From: Candidatus Cloacimonadales bacterium
GTDB lineage: Bacteria > Cloacimonadota > Cloacimonadia > Cloacimonadales > JAFGVF01
Assembly (NCBI GenBank): GCA_963662585.1
Contig: OY759729.1
Coordinates: 12,317-76,316 of the forward strand
Direction of reading: 5' to 3'
Length of the DNA stretch: 64,000 bases
Shown here one piece after another: positions 47,891 to 58,951 of this stretch. Each line of letters starts with the position of its first letter. The first letter of the stretch is position 1. The position numbers and the translations under genes are program-made. The notes beneath the pieces were generated by a model. The model worked only from the letters and a program-made list of their open reading frames with translations. It did not search any database and was not told where the DNA came from.

Positions 47891-49184
47891 AGAAGAAGAA
47901 AAGATTTTAGAGCAAGTAGTAATTGTAGGAAGTTACCAAAAGAATAATAGACAGTCTGAATTTGAAGAATTACTAGAAGAAACAAAACTTCTATGTAAAA
48001 CTGCCAATCTTGAAGTAGTAGAGATTTTTACTCAAGGTCTACCTAATTATAAATCAGATAGTTATGTTGGTAAAGGTAAATTAGCAGAAATTAATGAGTA
48101 TTGTGAAGAACATAATATTCATACACTAGTTTTTGTAGATAATCTTAATCCTTCTCAAGCTAAATTGATAAGTCAAGTTACTCTTGCCAATGTAGTAGAT
48201 AGAACTGAACTAATCCTAAGTATTTTTGCCAAACATGCAAGAACTAGTGTTGCTAAAATGCAGGTAGAATTAGCCCAATTAGAATATAGTTATTCTAAAC
48301 TTAGAAACCTTTGGCAACATTTCTCAAGAATAGTTGGTGGCGTAGGAACTAAAGGTCCAGGAGAAAGTCAGTTAGAGATAGATAGAAGATTAGTACAGAA
48401 AAGAATTAGCTTCCTAAAAAATAAAGTAGAAATGCTAAAAAAGATTACTCATGAACAAAGGAAAAATAGAGAAGAATACTTCAAAATAGCCCTAGTAGGA
48501 TATACTAATGCTGGTAAATCTACTCTCTTTAATGCTTTGACTAGATCTGAGATCTATGTGGCAGATGAGTTATTCGCTACTTTGGATTCTAAATCAAAAT
48601 TACTCTACAATGAAGCGGGAAAGATTATTTTAACTGATACTGTTGGATTCATAAGGAATCTTCCCACAACTTTAGTATCATCTTTCTATTCAACCTTGAC
48701 TGATGTAGTTGATGCAGATTTATTGCTTCATGTTGTTGATTCTTCCCAGCTAGGAATTGAAAGAAGAATCGAAGAAGTTAATAAAGTAATTAAAGAGATT
48801 AATGCTCAAGATGTCCCAGTAATTATGGTTTTCAATAAAATTGATTCAATTGAAGGCTTAACCTCGAAATTCTTACTAAAAGGAATTAGTCTCTCTTATC
48901 CTAATTCTCTCTTTATTTCTGCTAAATTAAAAACAAATATCTTAGAGATAAATGAGAAAATTAAAGAGTTATTGTTAAAAAAAGATAATAAGAAAAAGAT
49001 TGAAATTCCAATAGATTTAAAATCTTTAATCTCTTTTCTTGACAAAAAATATAGTGGTTCTAAAAAATTGTATATAGAAGATAAAATGAGTTATGAATAT
49101 ACTTTAAATATTGCAGATTCAGAGTTTTTAGAAATAAAGAAGCAGGTTGATAAGTATCATGAACTACAATTCATTAACTCTTGA
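47880..49184 (+). CDS. hflX: GTPase HflX
   Basis: HflX N-domain, then G1 GYTNAGKSTLFNAL, DTVGF and NKID. Confidence 0.9.
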   Translation: MNLREEEKILEQVVIVGSYQKNNRQSEFEELLEETKLLCKTANLEVVEIFTQGLPNYKSDSYVGKGKLAEINEYCEEHNIHTLVFVDNLNPSQAKLISQVTLANVVDRTELILSIFAKHARTSVAKMQVELAQLEYSYSKLRNLWQHFSRIVGGVGTKGPGESQLEIDRRLVQKRISFLKNKVEMLKKITHEQRKNREEYFKIALVGYTNAGKSTLFNALTRSEIYVADELFATLDSKSKLLYNEAGKIILTDTVGFIRNLPTTLVSSFYSTLTDVVDADLLLHVVDSSQLGIERRIEEVNKVIKEINAQDVPVIMVFNKIDSIEGLTSKFLLKGISLSYPNSLFISAKLKTNILEINEKIKELLLKKDNKKKIEIPIDLKSLISFLDKKYSGSKKLYIEDKMSYEYTLNIADSEFLEIKKQVDKYHELQFINS

Positions 49185-49211
49185 TAAAGTCATAAAACAA
49201 AATAAAAATAA

Positions 49212-50444
49212 ATGGGGGAAATTATGATTAAAAATTTAGATGCTATTCTCTCTACTAATGTAAAACGCATGAAGCGTTCTGCTATCAGAGAACTACTAAA
49301 ATTAGTCAATAATCCTGATATTATCTCTTTTGCAGGTGGATTACCTGCTCCAGAGTCCTTCCCGATTGATGAACTAAAAGAGATCACATTAGAAGTTCTA
49401 GAACAAGATGGAGCCCAAGTACTCCAATATGGAGCAACTGAAGGTGATCCTCTTTTAAGAGAACAATTAGTTAAAATGTATGTTGAAACTGGTCACGATG
49501 TTACAATTGATAATTTAATCATTACAACCGCATCTCAACAGGCTTTAGATCTAATTGCAAAAGTATTTATTACTCCAGGTGATAAGGTTATCGTAGGACT
49601 ACCATCATATCTTGGTGGATTAAGCGCTTTCAATAGTTATGGTGCAGAAATGGTAGGAATTCCTTTAGATGAAAAAGGTATGAGATCTGATCTTTTAGAC
49701 AAAAAATTAGCTGAATTAAAGTTAAATAATGACCTCCCTAAATTCATTTATATTATTCCTGATTTCCAAAACCCTGCAGGTATTACTATGCCTGAATGCA
49801 GAAGAAAAGAAATTATTGAGATAGCTCATAAATATGATATTCTTATTTTAGAAGATTCTCCTTACAGAGAATTAAGATTTGAAGGTGAACACCAAAAAAC
49901 TATGTATCAGTTAGACGGTACAGAGCAAGTTATTATACTAGGAACCTTCTCAAAAATCTTTGCTCCTGGTTTTAGAATTGGTTGGGTTTTAGGTAATTCT
50001 CAAGTACTTGACAAGATAGTTGTTGCTAAACAAGCTACTGATTTATGTACACCTCCTTTTACCCAAAGAATTGCGGCACGCTACCTTGAAAAAGGTTTGC
50101 TTAAGCAGAATGTTAAGAAAATTATAAAAATGTATAGTGCAAAAAAAGATATTATGATGGATGCTTTAGAAGCAAATATGCCTGAAGGGGTTACTTGGAC
50201 AAAATCTGAAGGTGGATTATTCACATTAATGACTCTTCCTGAATATATTGATACTAACGAGTTAATTAAAACAGCTATCAAAGAAGAAAATGTTGCCTTT
50301 GTTGCTGGTTCATCTTTCTACTGCGATGGTGGCGGTACTAATACATTGCGTTTAAATTTCTCTTACGCTTCCGAAGAAAAGAACTTAGAAGGTGTAAGAA
50401 GATTAGCCAATGTTATCAAAAAAGAAATAAATAAACATAAATAA
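49212..50444 (+). CDS. PLP-dependent aminotransferase (class I, 2-aminoadipate/aromatic aminotransferase-like)
   Basis: ISFAGGLP, QNPAG and GTFSKIFAPGFRIGW motifs. Confidence 0.7.
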   Translation: MGEIMIKNLDAILSTNVKRMKRSAIRELLKLVNNPDIISFAGGLPAPESFPIDELKEITLEVLEQDGAQVLQYGATEGDPLLREQLVKMYVETGHDVTIDNLIITTASQQALDLIAKVFITPGDKVIVGLPSYLGGLSAFNSYGAEMVGIPLDEKGMRSDLLDKKLAELKLNNDLPKFIYIIPDFQNPAGITMPECRRKEIIEIAHKYDILILEDSPYRELRFEGEHQKTMYQLDGTEQVIILGTFSKIFAPGFRIGWVLGNSQVLDKIVVAKQATDLCTPPFTQRIAARYLEKGLLKQNVKKIIKMYSAKKDIMMDALEANMPEGVTWTKSEGGLFTLMTLPEYIDTNELIKTAIKEENVAFVAGSSFYCDGGGTNTLRLNFSYASEEKNLEGVRRLANVIKKEINKHK

Positions 50445-50455
50445 GGAGTCGTGCT

Positions 50456-50659
50456 ATGGCAAGAATGACAGTCAATCCTAAATATTGTAAGGGTTGTGGA
50501 CTATGTATTGCAGCGTGCCCTAAGAAAATCATTAGATTTTCTGTGAATATTAATGAAAAAGGTTATAATTATGCTGAATGTTTTGATCAAGAAGCATGTA
50601 TTGCCTGTAAATTATGCTACACAACCTGTCCGGATGTAGCGATAACTATCGAAAAATAA
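50456..50659 (+). CDS. 2-oxoacid:ferredoxin oxidoreductase delta subunit (2x[4Fe-4S] ferredoxin)
   Basis: CKGCGLCIAACP and CIACKLCYTTCP. Confidence 0.75.
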   Translation: MARMTVNPKYCKGCGLCIAACPKKIIRFSVNINEKGYNYAECFDQEACIACKLCYTTCPDVAITIEK

Positions 50660-50669
50660 GGAGAGGAAA

Positions 50670-51749
50670 ATGGCAAAAGTTTTAATGAAAGGTAATGAGG
50701 CGGTTGCAGAAGCTGCTATAAGATCAGGTTGCAGATTATATTTTGCTTACCCTATAACTCCTCAAAGTGAGTTAATTGAATATATGGCCCGCATGATGCC
50801 TAAGGTTGATGGTGTATTCCTTCAAGCTGAAAGTGAAGTTGCTGCTATAAATATGGTTTATGGTGCAGCTGGTGCAGGAAGAAGAGTTATGACCTCTTCA
50901 TCTTCACCTGGAATTTCCCTAAAAATGGAAGGAATTTCCTATATTGCTGGTGCAAATTTACCTGCTGTTATAGTTAATGTACAGCGTGGTGGACCTGGAC
51001 TTGGTGATATCCAACCTGCTCAAGGTGATTATTTCCAAGCTACTAAGGGTGGCGGACATGGCGATTATCACACAATCGTTTTAGCACCTGCTTCAGTTCA
51101 AGAATTTGCTGATATGGCAAGTGAAGCTTTTGAATTAGCAGACAACTATAGAATCCCTGTTATGATTCTTTCAGATGGTATGTTAGGTCAAATGATGGAA
51201 CCTGTTGAATTCAAAGATCCTGTAACTGATGAAGAGTTAGCTGTAATGGATAAGCGTCATAAAGATTGGTGTATTCATCCAAAAGAAGAGGGCGAAGCTC
51301 CTCATCACAATGAGATTAACTCTTTAGAAATCGATCCAAGTGTTTTAGAACAACATGTTATGGATTTAGATAAGAAGTACAAGCTTATTGAATCAAAAGA
51401 GATTAAAGTAGAAGAATACAATATAAATGATGATAATGAAATGGTATGTGTTGCTTTTGGAACTGCTTCTAGAATAGTTCGTTCTGCAATTGACCAGCTT
51501 AATGCTGAAGGTAAAAATATCGGATTAATCAGACCTATCACTGTATGGCCTTATCCTTATGCAACTATTGCTAATGCACTACATGATAAAGTGAAAAAAG
51601 TTATGGTCTTTGAACTTAACTTAGGTCAGATGGTTGAAGATGTTAAGCTAGCAGTAAATGGCAAGTTACCGGTAGAATTCTTTGGTAAAGTTGGTGGAAT
51701 AGTCTTCACACCTGAAGAAATTAAAGCAAAAATCGAAGAAAACTTATAG
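50670..51749 (+). CDS. 2-oxoacid:ferredoxin oxidoreductase alpha subunit
   Basis: MKGNEAVAEAAI..YPITPQSE N-terminus typical of KorA/PorA/VorA. Located in a four-gene delta-alpha-beta-gamma operon. Confidence 0.85.
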   Translation: MAKVLMKGNEAVAEAAIRSGCRLYFAYPITPQSELIEYMARMMPKVDGVFLQAESEVAAINMVYGAAGAGRRVMTSSSSPGISLKMEGISYIAGANLPAVIVNVQRGGPGLGDIQPAQGDYFQATKGGGHGDYHTIVLAPASVQEFADMASEAFELADNYRIPVMILSDGMLGQMMEPVEFKDPVTDEELAVMDKRHKDWCIHPKEEGEAPHHNEINSLEIDPSVLEQHVMDLDKKYKLIESKEIKVEEYNINDDNEMVCVAFGTASRIVRSAIDQLNAEGKNIGLIRPITVWPYPYATIANALHDKVKKVMVFELNLGQMVEDVKLAVNGKLPVEFFGKVGGIVFTPEEIKAKIEENL

Positions 51750-51757
51750 GAGTAAAA

Positions 51758-52501
51758 ATGCAAGTAATCGCAACAAGACCTAAATCATTAACTGATTTAC
51801 AGTTTACTTACTGTCCAGGCTGTCTTCATGGGGTAGCTCATAGATTGATTGCCGAAGCTATAGATGAATTAGAAATCCAAGATACAGCTACAGGTGTTGC
51901 ACCTGTTGGTTGTTCCGTATTCGCATATAAATTCTTTGATATGGATATGGCTGAAGCTGCTCATGGTAGAGCTCCTGCAGTTGCTACTGGTATCAAAAGA
52001 GCTAGACCAAATATGCAAGTTTTCACTTATCAAGGTGATGGAGATTTAGCTGCTATCGGTACTGCTGAAATCGTTCATGCTGCTAATAGAGGTGAACATA
52101 TCTCTGTATTCTTCGTGAATAATGCTATTTATGGTATGACTGGTGGCCAAATGGCACCTACAACTCTTCCTGATATGAAAACTACAACTTCTCCTTATGG
52201 TAGAAAAACTGATGATGTTGGTTTCCCTATCCAAGTATGTGAGTTACTCAATACTTTACATGCTCCTTATTATATTGAAAGAGTTTCTCTCCTTTCACCT
52301 GCTGATATTATCAAAGCAAAAAAGGCTGTGAAAAAAGCTCTAACTTATAATAAAGAAGGAAGAGGATTCACTATTGTTGAGCTACTTTCAACTTGTCCTA
52401 CAAACTGGGGAATGACTGCTGTTGATTCTCTTAAATGGGCAAAAGAAAAAATGATTCCATTCTTCCCACTTGGAAAGTTCAGAGATAGAGGGGAGGAATA
52501 G
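51758..52501 (+). CDS. 2-oxoacid:ferredoxin oxidoreductase beta subunit (TPP-binding)
   Basis: YCPGCLHG, GDGD and NNAIYGMTGGQ. Confidence 0.85.
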   Translation: MQVIATRPKSLTDLQFTYCPGCLHGVAHRLIAEAIDELEIQDTATGVAPVGCSVFAYKFFDMDMAEAAHGRAPAVATGIKRARPNMQVFTYQGDGDLAAIGTAEIVHAANRGEHISVFFVNNAIYGMTGGQMAPTTLPDMKTTTSPYGRKTDDVGFPIQVCELLNTLHAPYYIERVSLLSPADIIKAKKAVKKALTYNKEGRGFTIVELLSTCPTNWGMTAVDSLKWAKEKMIPFFPLGKFRDRGEE

Positions 52502-52503
52502 AA

Positions 52504-53040
52504 ATGATGTATGAAATAATAAGCTCAGGTTTTGGTGGTCAAGGTGCTTTAACTATAGGAAAGTTCTTAGCTAAAGCTGGTATGAAAGAAGGAAAACATG
52601 TTTCTTGGTTACCTTCTTATGGTCCTGAAATGAGAGGCGGTACAGCTAATGTTGCTGCAGTAATCTCTGACAAACCAATCGCTTCCCCAATCGTTACATA
52701 CCCAAATGTATTGATTGCTTTAAATCAGCCTTCAATCGATAAATTCGCATCTTTTGTTGTAAAAGGTGGGTTTATCATTGCTAATGAAGACTTATGTCCT
52801 AAGATTCCTCAAATTGAAGGAATCAAAACTGTTTCAGCTTCACTTTCAAAGTTAGCTGCTGAGATAGGTAGTGATATGGTGCTTAATATGTTAGCTATTG
52901 GTATTGTAATCGGTTTAACTGATATGATAAAATATGAGACTATTGAATCTGATTTAACCTCATTCTTAATTAAGAAAAATCCTGAATTACTCAAGATGAA
53001 TCTTATCGCAATTAAGAAAGGTATGGAGTTAGCTAAATAG
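52504..53040 (+). CDS. 2-oxoacid:ferredoxin oxidoreductase gamma subunit
   Basis: GFGGQG and YGPEMRGG motifs. Confidence 0.8.
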   Translation: MMYEIISSGFGGQGALTIGKFLAKAGMKEGKHVSWLPSYGPEMRGGTANVAAVISDKPIASPIVTYPNVLIALNQPSIDKFASFVVKGGFIIANEDLCPKIPQIEGIKTVSASLSKLAAEIGSDMVLNMLAIGIVIGLTDMIKYETIESDLTSFLIKKNPELLKMNLIAIKKGMELAK

Positions 53041-53058
53041 CTTAAAGTAAATATAATT

Positions 53059-53094
53059 AGAGAGATTGTGTTTTTACCGGTCTCTCTTTTTTTA
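53059..53094 (+). terminator. putative intrinsic terminator
   Basis: AGAGAGA ... TCTCTCT stem followed by a T7 run. Confidence 0.55.
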
Positions 53095-53247
53095 TTTGAA
53101 AAAAATATTAAAAAAGCTTGCATTGTTAAATTACAAAATAGATTGAATTTATAAGACTTAGTTTAACGATATTATAATAATTTATTTTAAAGATACTTGA
53201 CAGATAATTTGCCTTAAAAAAAATAAAAATAAAACCACTGGAGAAAA

Positions 53248-54051
53248 ATGGAAAAGAGAGCGATTGGGATTTTCGATTCAGGTGTTGGAGGACTCACAGT
53301 TTTTAAATCAATTAGAGAATATTTTCCTTATGAAGATATAATCTATTTTGGTGATACTGCAAGAGTACCTTATGGACCTAAGTCAAAACATACAGTAATA
53401 AACTATTCTATACAAAATACTAGATTCTTGCTTCAACAAAATATTAAATTATTAATAATTGCTTGCAATACTTCTTCAGCTGTAGCAATTCCATATTTGC
53501 AGAAAATGACAAGCATCCCTGTCATTGGTGTTATTATTCCTGGGGCAGAAGAAGCAATTTCTTTATCAAAAACTGGCAGAATAGGTATTATCGGAACTGA
53601 AGGAACTATCAATAGCGAAGCTTATAAAAATGAACTGTTAAAACTAAATTCTAACTTAGAAATTTTTTCCCAACCATGCCCTCTCTTTGTATCTCTAGTA
53701 GAGGAAGGCTGGCTTGACAAAGAAGTAACCCATCTGGTTATCAATGAATATCTTTCTGAATTTAAGAAATATGGTGTTGATACCCTAATATTAGGCTGTA
53801 CCCATTATCCAGTTCTCAAGCCTGCAATTAATACCTTCTTTTCAGAGAAAGTAAATCTCGTCGATAGCTCACAAGCAATTATTAAACACATCAAACCCTA
53901 TATTGATTCTTCATCTTCTCAACTGGGTAAAGATCTCTTTTATGTGAGTGATAATGAGAATAAATTCATCAAAATTGCAGATATGATTTTAGATAAAAAG
54001 ATTACTGATCTAAAGAAAGTTACTCTTGGCGAAAGTTGGTTTATAGATTAA
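53248..54051 (+). CDS. murI: glutamate racemase
   Basis: IGIFDSGVGGLTV, ACNTSS and LGCTHYP. Confidence 0.9.
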   Translation: MEKRAIGIFDSGVGGLTVFKSIREYFPYEDIIYFGDTARVPYGPKSKHTVINYSIQNTRFLLQQNIKLLIIACNTSSAVAIPYLQKMTSIPVIGVIIPGAEEAISLSKTGRIGIIGTEGTINSEAYKNELLKLNSNLEIFSQPCPLFVSLVEEGWLDKEVTHLVINEYLSEFKKYGVDTLILGCTHYPVLKPAINTFFSEKVNLVDSSQAIIKHIKPYIDSSSSQLGKDLFYVSDNENKFIKIADMILDKKITDLKKVTLGESWFID

Positions 54052-55112
54052 TGAATATGCAGGAAATATACAAATTATTAATTGAAGATTATTTAAATAT
54101 TAATTCAGAACAAATTATTGTTTTATCAGGAATCTTAGACACTTCTGAGAATTGCGACTTGTCTGATGTTAAAATTATAGAAGACTTAGCTTTATTAGTC
54201 CGGAATAGAGGTGCATTTCCTGTTTTAGATTTAGCATCAAAATCACTGAAAATTAGAGTTTTAGAAGAAACACCTGAAGAAAATTACTTCGTTCCTACAG
54301 AGTATTTTTCCCAATGGGTCAAATTAGTTAATGTTATTATTGATCTTAGTTTCCCAGAAATTAGAAATATATTTACTGATAACTACTTTACTGCTCAAAA
54401 AACTGATTTAATAAATAAATCTCTTCAAGCAATTTATAAAAATATGCTTATAGCAGACAAGATCGTTCTTCTTCCTAATTTTCCCAAAAAGGCTATTGCA
54501 AACTACTACAATATCGATCTATCTATCTTGGAAAGATTCTATATTGGTACTTTTGGACCTATTGAAAATAAAATGAATGTTAAAGGCTTAAAAGTGCTTA
54601 ATCATATAGTGCCTGGTAAAACCTTTTATTTACAGGATAATGATGATACTCAAGAAAAATTAAAATTACAAATTTCAGACCAGCAAAGTTATTTTGTTAG
54701 CAATACGATTAGTAGCTCATATACAGTGCTTCCTTATGGTTTTGTTTCCCTCACAGTAGATAAAAATAGTTTAACAGGTGTTATTAAGGCTGAAAAGTTA
54801 TATTATAAGAATTTGTGCAAGAATTCTGTAACAATACATTTCTCTTATGGCAATATTCTCTCTCTTCAATTTGAGAATAATGATAGTATAGCTGAAATAA
54901 TTAAAGTTGGTTTGATTAATAGCAAAGAGAGAGTAGAATTCTTTATTGGGGTTAATAATGGAGTTTCTGAACATTGTAACTACAACTATTATGATCGCTG
55001 TATTGATAACAATTTTAGTTTGGTATTCTACGACGAATTAAACAATATTATTGAAATTAGTTCAAAATCAGTTCAGTTAACAAATGAAAATTCAAAAAAT
55101 ATTTTATTATAA
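54036..55112 (+). CDS. hypothetical protein (possibly aminopeptidase-T/M29-like fold)
   Basis: Long ORF co-directional with its neighbours. No diagnostic motif was recognised. The true start may be the internal Met at 54051 or 54057. Confidence 0.4.
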   Translation: MVYRLMNMQEIYKLLIEDYLNINSEQIIVLSGILDTSENCDLSDVKIIEDLALLVRNRGAFPVLDLASKSLKIRVLEETPEENYFVPTEYFSQWVKLVNVIIDLSFPEIRNIFTDNYFTAQKTDLINKSLQAIYKNMLIADKIVLLPNFPKKAIANYYNIDLSILERFYIGTFGPIENKMNVKGLKVLNHIVPGKTFYLQDNDDTQEKLKLQISDQQSYFVSNTISSSYTVLPYGFVSLTVDKNSLTGVIKAEKLYYKNLCKNSVTIHFSYGNILSLQFENNDSIAEIIKVGLINSKERVEFFIGVNNGVSEHCNYNYYDRCIDNNFSLVFYDELNNIIEISSKSVQLTNENSKNILL

Positions 55113-55123
55113 AAGGTGTAAAA

Positions 55124-56728
55124 ATGGCTAAACATATTTTTGTTATGGGTGGTGTGTTATCCTCTTTAGGAAAAGGAATTGCTGCAGCCTCTATTGGCTT
55201 GTTGCTTAAGAAAATGGGGTATAAAGTTGGACTGCAAAAAATGGACCCCTATTTAAATGTTGACCCTGGGACTATGAGTCCTTATCAACATGGGGAAGTC
55301 TTCGTTACTGATGATGGAGCTGAGACAGATTTAGATTTAGGACACTATGAAAGATTTATAGATGTTCCCTTATCTAAACTCTCCAGTGTATCTTCTGGGC
55401 AAATCTATGAATCAGTTATCAAGAAAGAACGCAGAGGAGACTATCTTGGCAAAACAGTTCAAGTAATACCTCACATAACTAACGAAATTATCTCCAAAGT
55501 TAAGCAGATAGGGGAGATGTATGATATAGTTATTACTGAGATAGGTGGAACTGTTGGTGATATTGAATCCTTACCATTCTTGGAAGCTATAAGACAATTT
55601 AGGATGGAAGTTGGTACTGAGAACTCACTTTTTGTTCTATTAACTTATGTTCCTTATATTAAATCTGCTGGAGAATTAAAAACTAAACCAACTCAACATA
55701 GTGCTATAAAGTTAAGAGAGATTGGTATTCAACCAGATATTCTCTTATGTAGATCAGAAAAACCTTTTTCTCAGGATATTATTAAAAAAATATCACTCTT
55801 CACTAATGTTCAGATTAAATCAGTTATCAATGCCATTGATGTTGATTCTGTCTTTAGTGTACCAAGAAACTACTTCGTTGAAGGACTACACGAAACTATA
55901 TGCAAACAATTAGGTTTAGATGTGAAAGAAATTGATTTCTCTCAATTAGATAATTATATTAAAAAAACTCAAGGCCATAAACACGAAATCAATGTTGCTG
56001 TTTGTGGGAAGTATGTTCAACATCAAGATGCTTATAAATCTGTTGAACAATCAATAATCCATGCTGGTATAGCTAATGAAATTAAAGTAAATATAGAATG
56101 GATTGATTCTGAAACTAGTTATGACCCTGAATTACTAAACGAGAGATTTAAGAAAATAGATGGTATCCTAATTCCTGGTGGTTTTGGATTAAGAGGAATT
56201 GAAGGTAAAGTCAACATCGTTAAGTATGCCAGAGAAAATAATATTCCTTTCTTTGGAATTTGTCTAGGTATGCAGGTAGCTGTTATAGAATTCGCCAGAA
56301 ATGTATGTAACATTAAAGATGCTTTTAGCTCTGAATTTGACCACTCTTGCGAAAATCCTGTTATTCATTTGATGGATGACCAAGCCTATATTGATAAGTT
56401 AGGCGGAACTATGCGTTTGGGTGCTTTCCCTTGCAAAGTTCTACCTAAGACCCTAGCTTGGGACGCTTATCAGTCTACTGATATTATCGAAAGACACAGG
56501 CATCGTTATGAATTTAACAATAAATATCGCCAAGTAATGCAAGAAAAAGGAATGGTGATTTCAGGAACCTCTCCAGATGAACTTTTAGTTGAAATTATTG
56601 AATATCCTGCTAATGACTTCTTTATTGCAGTTCAATTTCATCCAGAATTTTTATCAAGGCCATTAAGACCACATCCTATTTTTAATAAATTCATTATCTC
56701 TTCTCTCAAGAAGAAGAATTCAAAATAA
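55124..56728 (+). CDS. pyrG: CTP synthase
   Basis: KHIFVMGGVLSSLGKGI; GGTVGDIES; GATase GICLGMQ; HRHRYEFN. Confidence 0.95.
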   Translation: MAKHIFVMGGVLSSLGKGIAAASIGLLLKKMGYKVGLQKMDPYLNVDPGTMSPYQHGEVFVTDDGAETDLDLGHYERFIDVPLSKLSSVSSGQIYESVIKKERRGDYLGKTVQVIPHITNEIISKVKQIGEMYDIVITEIGGTVGDIESLPFLEAIRQFRMEVGTENSLFVLLTYVPYIKSAGELKTKPTQHSAIKLREIGIQPDILLCRSEKPFSQDIIKKISLFTNVQIKSVINAIDVDSVFSVPRNYFVEGLHETICKQLGLDVKEIDFSQLDNYIKKTQGHKHEINVAVCGKYVQHQDAYKSVEQSIIHAGIANEIKVNIEWIDSETSYDPELLNERFKKIDGILIPGGFGLRGIEGKVNIVKYARENNIPFFGICLGMQVAVIEFARNVCNIKDAFSSEFDHSCENPVIHLMDDQAYIDKLGGTMRLGAFPCKVLPKTLAWDAYQSTDIIERHRHRYEFNNKYRQVMQEKGMVISGTSPDELLVEIIEYPANDFFIAVQFHPEFLSRPLRPHPIFNKFIISSLKKKNSK

Positions 56729-56742
56729 ATAATTTTACTAAT

Positions 56743-56780
56743 AAAAAAAGCTTAAAGATATTTATCCTTAAGCTTTTTTT
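56743..56780. terminator. bidirectional intrinsic terminator between convergent pyrG and rnr
   Basis: AAAAAAAGCTTAAAG ... CTTAAGCTTTTTTT: a stem flanked by an A-run and a T-run. Confidence 0.65.
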
Positions 56781-56793
56781 CTTTTATGAGATA

Positions 56794-58950
56794 TTATTTA
56801 TCAAGTAATAAATCAAAATATATATCATCAGTAACTGTAGCTACTCTTATTTTAACTTGTTGAGCTAATTGGAATTTCTGCTTTTTCTTTTTACCTGTTG
56901 CTATTAATCTTTCTTCATCAACAACATAGTAATCTCCAGGAATATTACTTAGTTTTATAACACCTGTTATAGGATATTTAACTAAAGTAGCAAACATATT
57001 AGAATTGTTCATTCCTGTTATAATAGCTTCATATTCATTACCAATTCTATCTTTCATAAAGTACTGAACCATCTTCTTCAAAATCTCACGATATGCTTCA
57101 TCACTAAGGGCCTCTTGCTCAGTAGCTATGTCTGCAAGCTCCATTAAAGATTTTGCTCTAAATTTATAACCATCTTTACCTAAGTAACTCTTCAGTTGAA
57201 GATGAACAACTAAATCTGATAATCTTCTAATAGGTGAAGTGAAATGAGTATAGTTCTCGATAGAAAGACCAAAGTGAATGTCATGTTCAGTAGTGTATTT
57301 TGCTTTTTTCATGGATCTTAAAATCATCTTATTAAATACTTTCTCTTCGAAAGTACCTTCAAAAGATTTTAAAACTTCTTGAATAGAGTGATTTAAGGTT
57401 CCATCAAACTTCATTCTATGACCATAATAATTTAGTAACTTAGCTATTTTATCAATCCTCTCTCTATCTGGTAATTCATGTACACGATAGATAGTGGTTT
57501 TTGCTTTACCCTTTAAATATGTCGCGATATATTCATTAGCTAACAACATGAAATTCTCGATAAGTTTGTGAGAATCTGTTTCTTCACTTTCAATAATAGA
57601 ATCTAAACGACCCTCTTCATCATAAATGTATTCCACATCAGGAAGTCTAAAGTTAATATAACCATTCTTCTTAAGTTTTGCGGAGAATTTGTGGGATATT
57701 CTGAGGGATTCATTAAGCATCTCTTTAATTTCATCGCTTTGATCAAGTTCATTAGTGGCAAAGTATTTATCTACTTCCTCGTAATTCAATCTAGCATCTG
57801 AATTTATAATAGATTCTACAGCATACTGTTCTGTGATTTCGTACTTATCATTAAGTTTTGTTACTACAGAAACGGTTAATTTCTCTTCATCAGGTCTTAA
57901 ACTACATATCTTGTTAGAAATATGTTCAGGTAACATTGGTATTACTCTTTTTGGAAAATAGAAACTATTTCCTCTTTTAGTAGCTTCTTTAAATGTTTCA
58001 GTACCTGGCTTGACATAATGACCAACATCAGCAATATGAACATAGAGAGTATAACCAAAATCTTCTTTTACGATTGAAATTGCATCATCATAGTCTTTTG
58101 CTGTAATAGGGTCAATAGTAAGAGTAATAATATCACGGAAATCACTTCTGCGATTTATCTCCTCAATCCTGATAGATTCTGAAATATCTGATGATTCTTG
58201 AACTACATTTTTAGGAAATTCTAAAGGAAGATTAAATTGCTTAATAACGCCTAAAACTTCTATTTCAGGATCATGAGCATCACCAAGAACACTGACTACT
58301 TTACCTGAAGGTAAAACAGCTTTGCTTTTATTTCCCCAATTAGTTATTTCAATTTCTACTTTCTTATTGTCTATGTTTTGATTAGGACTATCTACCATAA
58401 TGGAAGTATGGATTTTATGATTATCACATACAAAGATGTAAGATTTTCCATATTTAGTAGCATTTCCAACCATTTTGTGATTAGCTCTTTCTACTACATT
58501 CCTTACAACACCATAGTATTTTCCATTCTTTTGCTTATAAGGCTCAATTTGTACTTTATCTCCATGGTAAGCATCAAGTAAATCCTCTGAAGATATAAAA
58601 TAATCATTTTCTTCTGTAGTCGCAAAACCAAATGAGTATCCTTTACCTAAGGAAGTACCATCAAAAGTAGCATCAATCAAAGGAGAACTTACTTTATCAT
58701 GTTTCTTTTTGGTTGAGCTTTTAGGATTGGCAGAAGTCGTGGCTTTACTTATTTCTTTAGCTGCCGTAAAGTACTGACCCTCTTTTATTAATAAATTATC
58801 TTTAATTAGTTTTCTAACTGTATCATTCAAGTTTTTATAATCATGTTTTTTGATAGATAAAATACTTGAGATTTCTTTCATTTTAAGTTGTGCACCAGGG
58901 TATCTACTGAATAACTGTAATACTTGGGTTTCTATATCTTTTATGTACAT
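56794..58950 (-). CDS. rnr: ribonuclease R
   Basis: N-terminal winged-helix/cold-shock region; RNB motifs IDPITAKDYDDAIS and HFGL..YTHFTSPIRR; C-terminal S1 domain. Confidence 0.9.
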   Translation of the reverse strand: MYIKDIETQVLQLFSRYPGAQLKMKEISSILSIKKHDYKNLNDTVRKLIKDNLLIKEGQYFTAAKEISKATTSANPKSSTKKKHDKVSSPLIDATFDGTSLGKGYSFGFATTEENDYFISSEDLLDAYHGDKVQIEPYKQKNGKYYGVVRNVVERANHKMVGNATKYGKSYIFVCDNHKIHTSIMVDSPNQNIDNKKVEIEITNWGNKSKAVLPSGKVVSVLGDAHDPEIEVLGVIKQFNLPLEFPKNVVQESSDISESIRIEEINRRSDFRDIITLTIDPITAKDYDDAISIVKEDFGYTLYVHIADVGHYVKPGTETFKEATKRGNSFYFPKRVIPMLPEHISNKICSLRPDEEKLTVSVVTKLNDKYEITEQYAVESIINSDARLNYEEVDKYFATNELDQSDEIKEMLNESLRISHKFSAKLKKNGYINFRLPDVEYIYDEEGRLDSIIESEETDSHKLIENFMLLANEYIATYLKGKAKTTIYRVHELPDRERIDKIAKLLNYYGHRMKFDGTLNHSIQEVLKSFEGTFEEKVFNKMILRSMKKAKYTTEHDIHFGLSIENYTHFTSPIRRLSDLVVHLQLKSYLGKDGYKFRAKSLMELADIATEQEALSDEAYREILKKMVQYFMKDRIGNEYEAIITGMNNSNMFATLVKYPITGVIKLSNIPGDYYVVDEERLIATGKKKKQKFQLAQQVKIRVATVTDDIYFDLLLDK

Positions 58951-58951
58951 A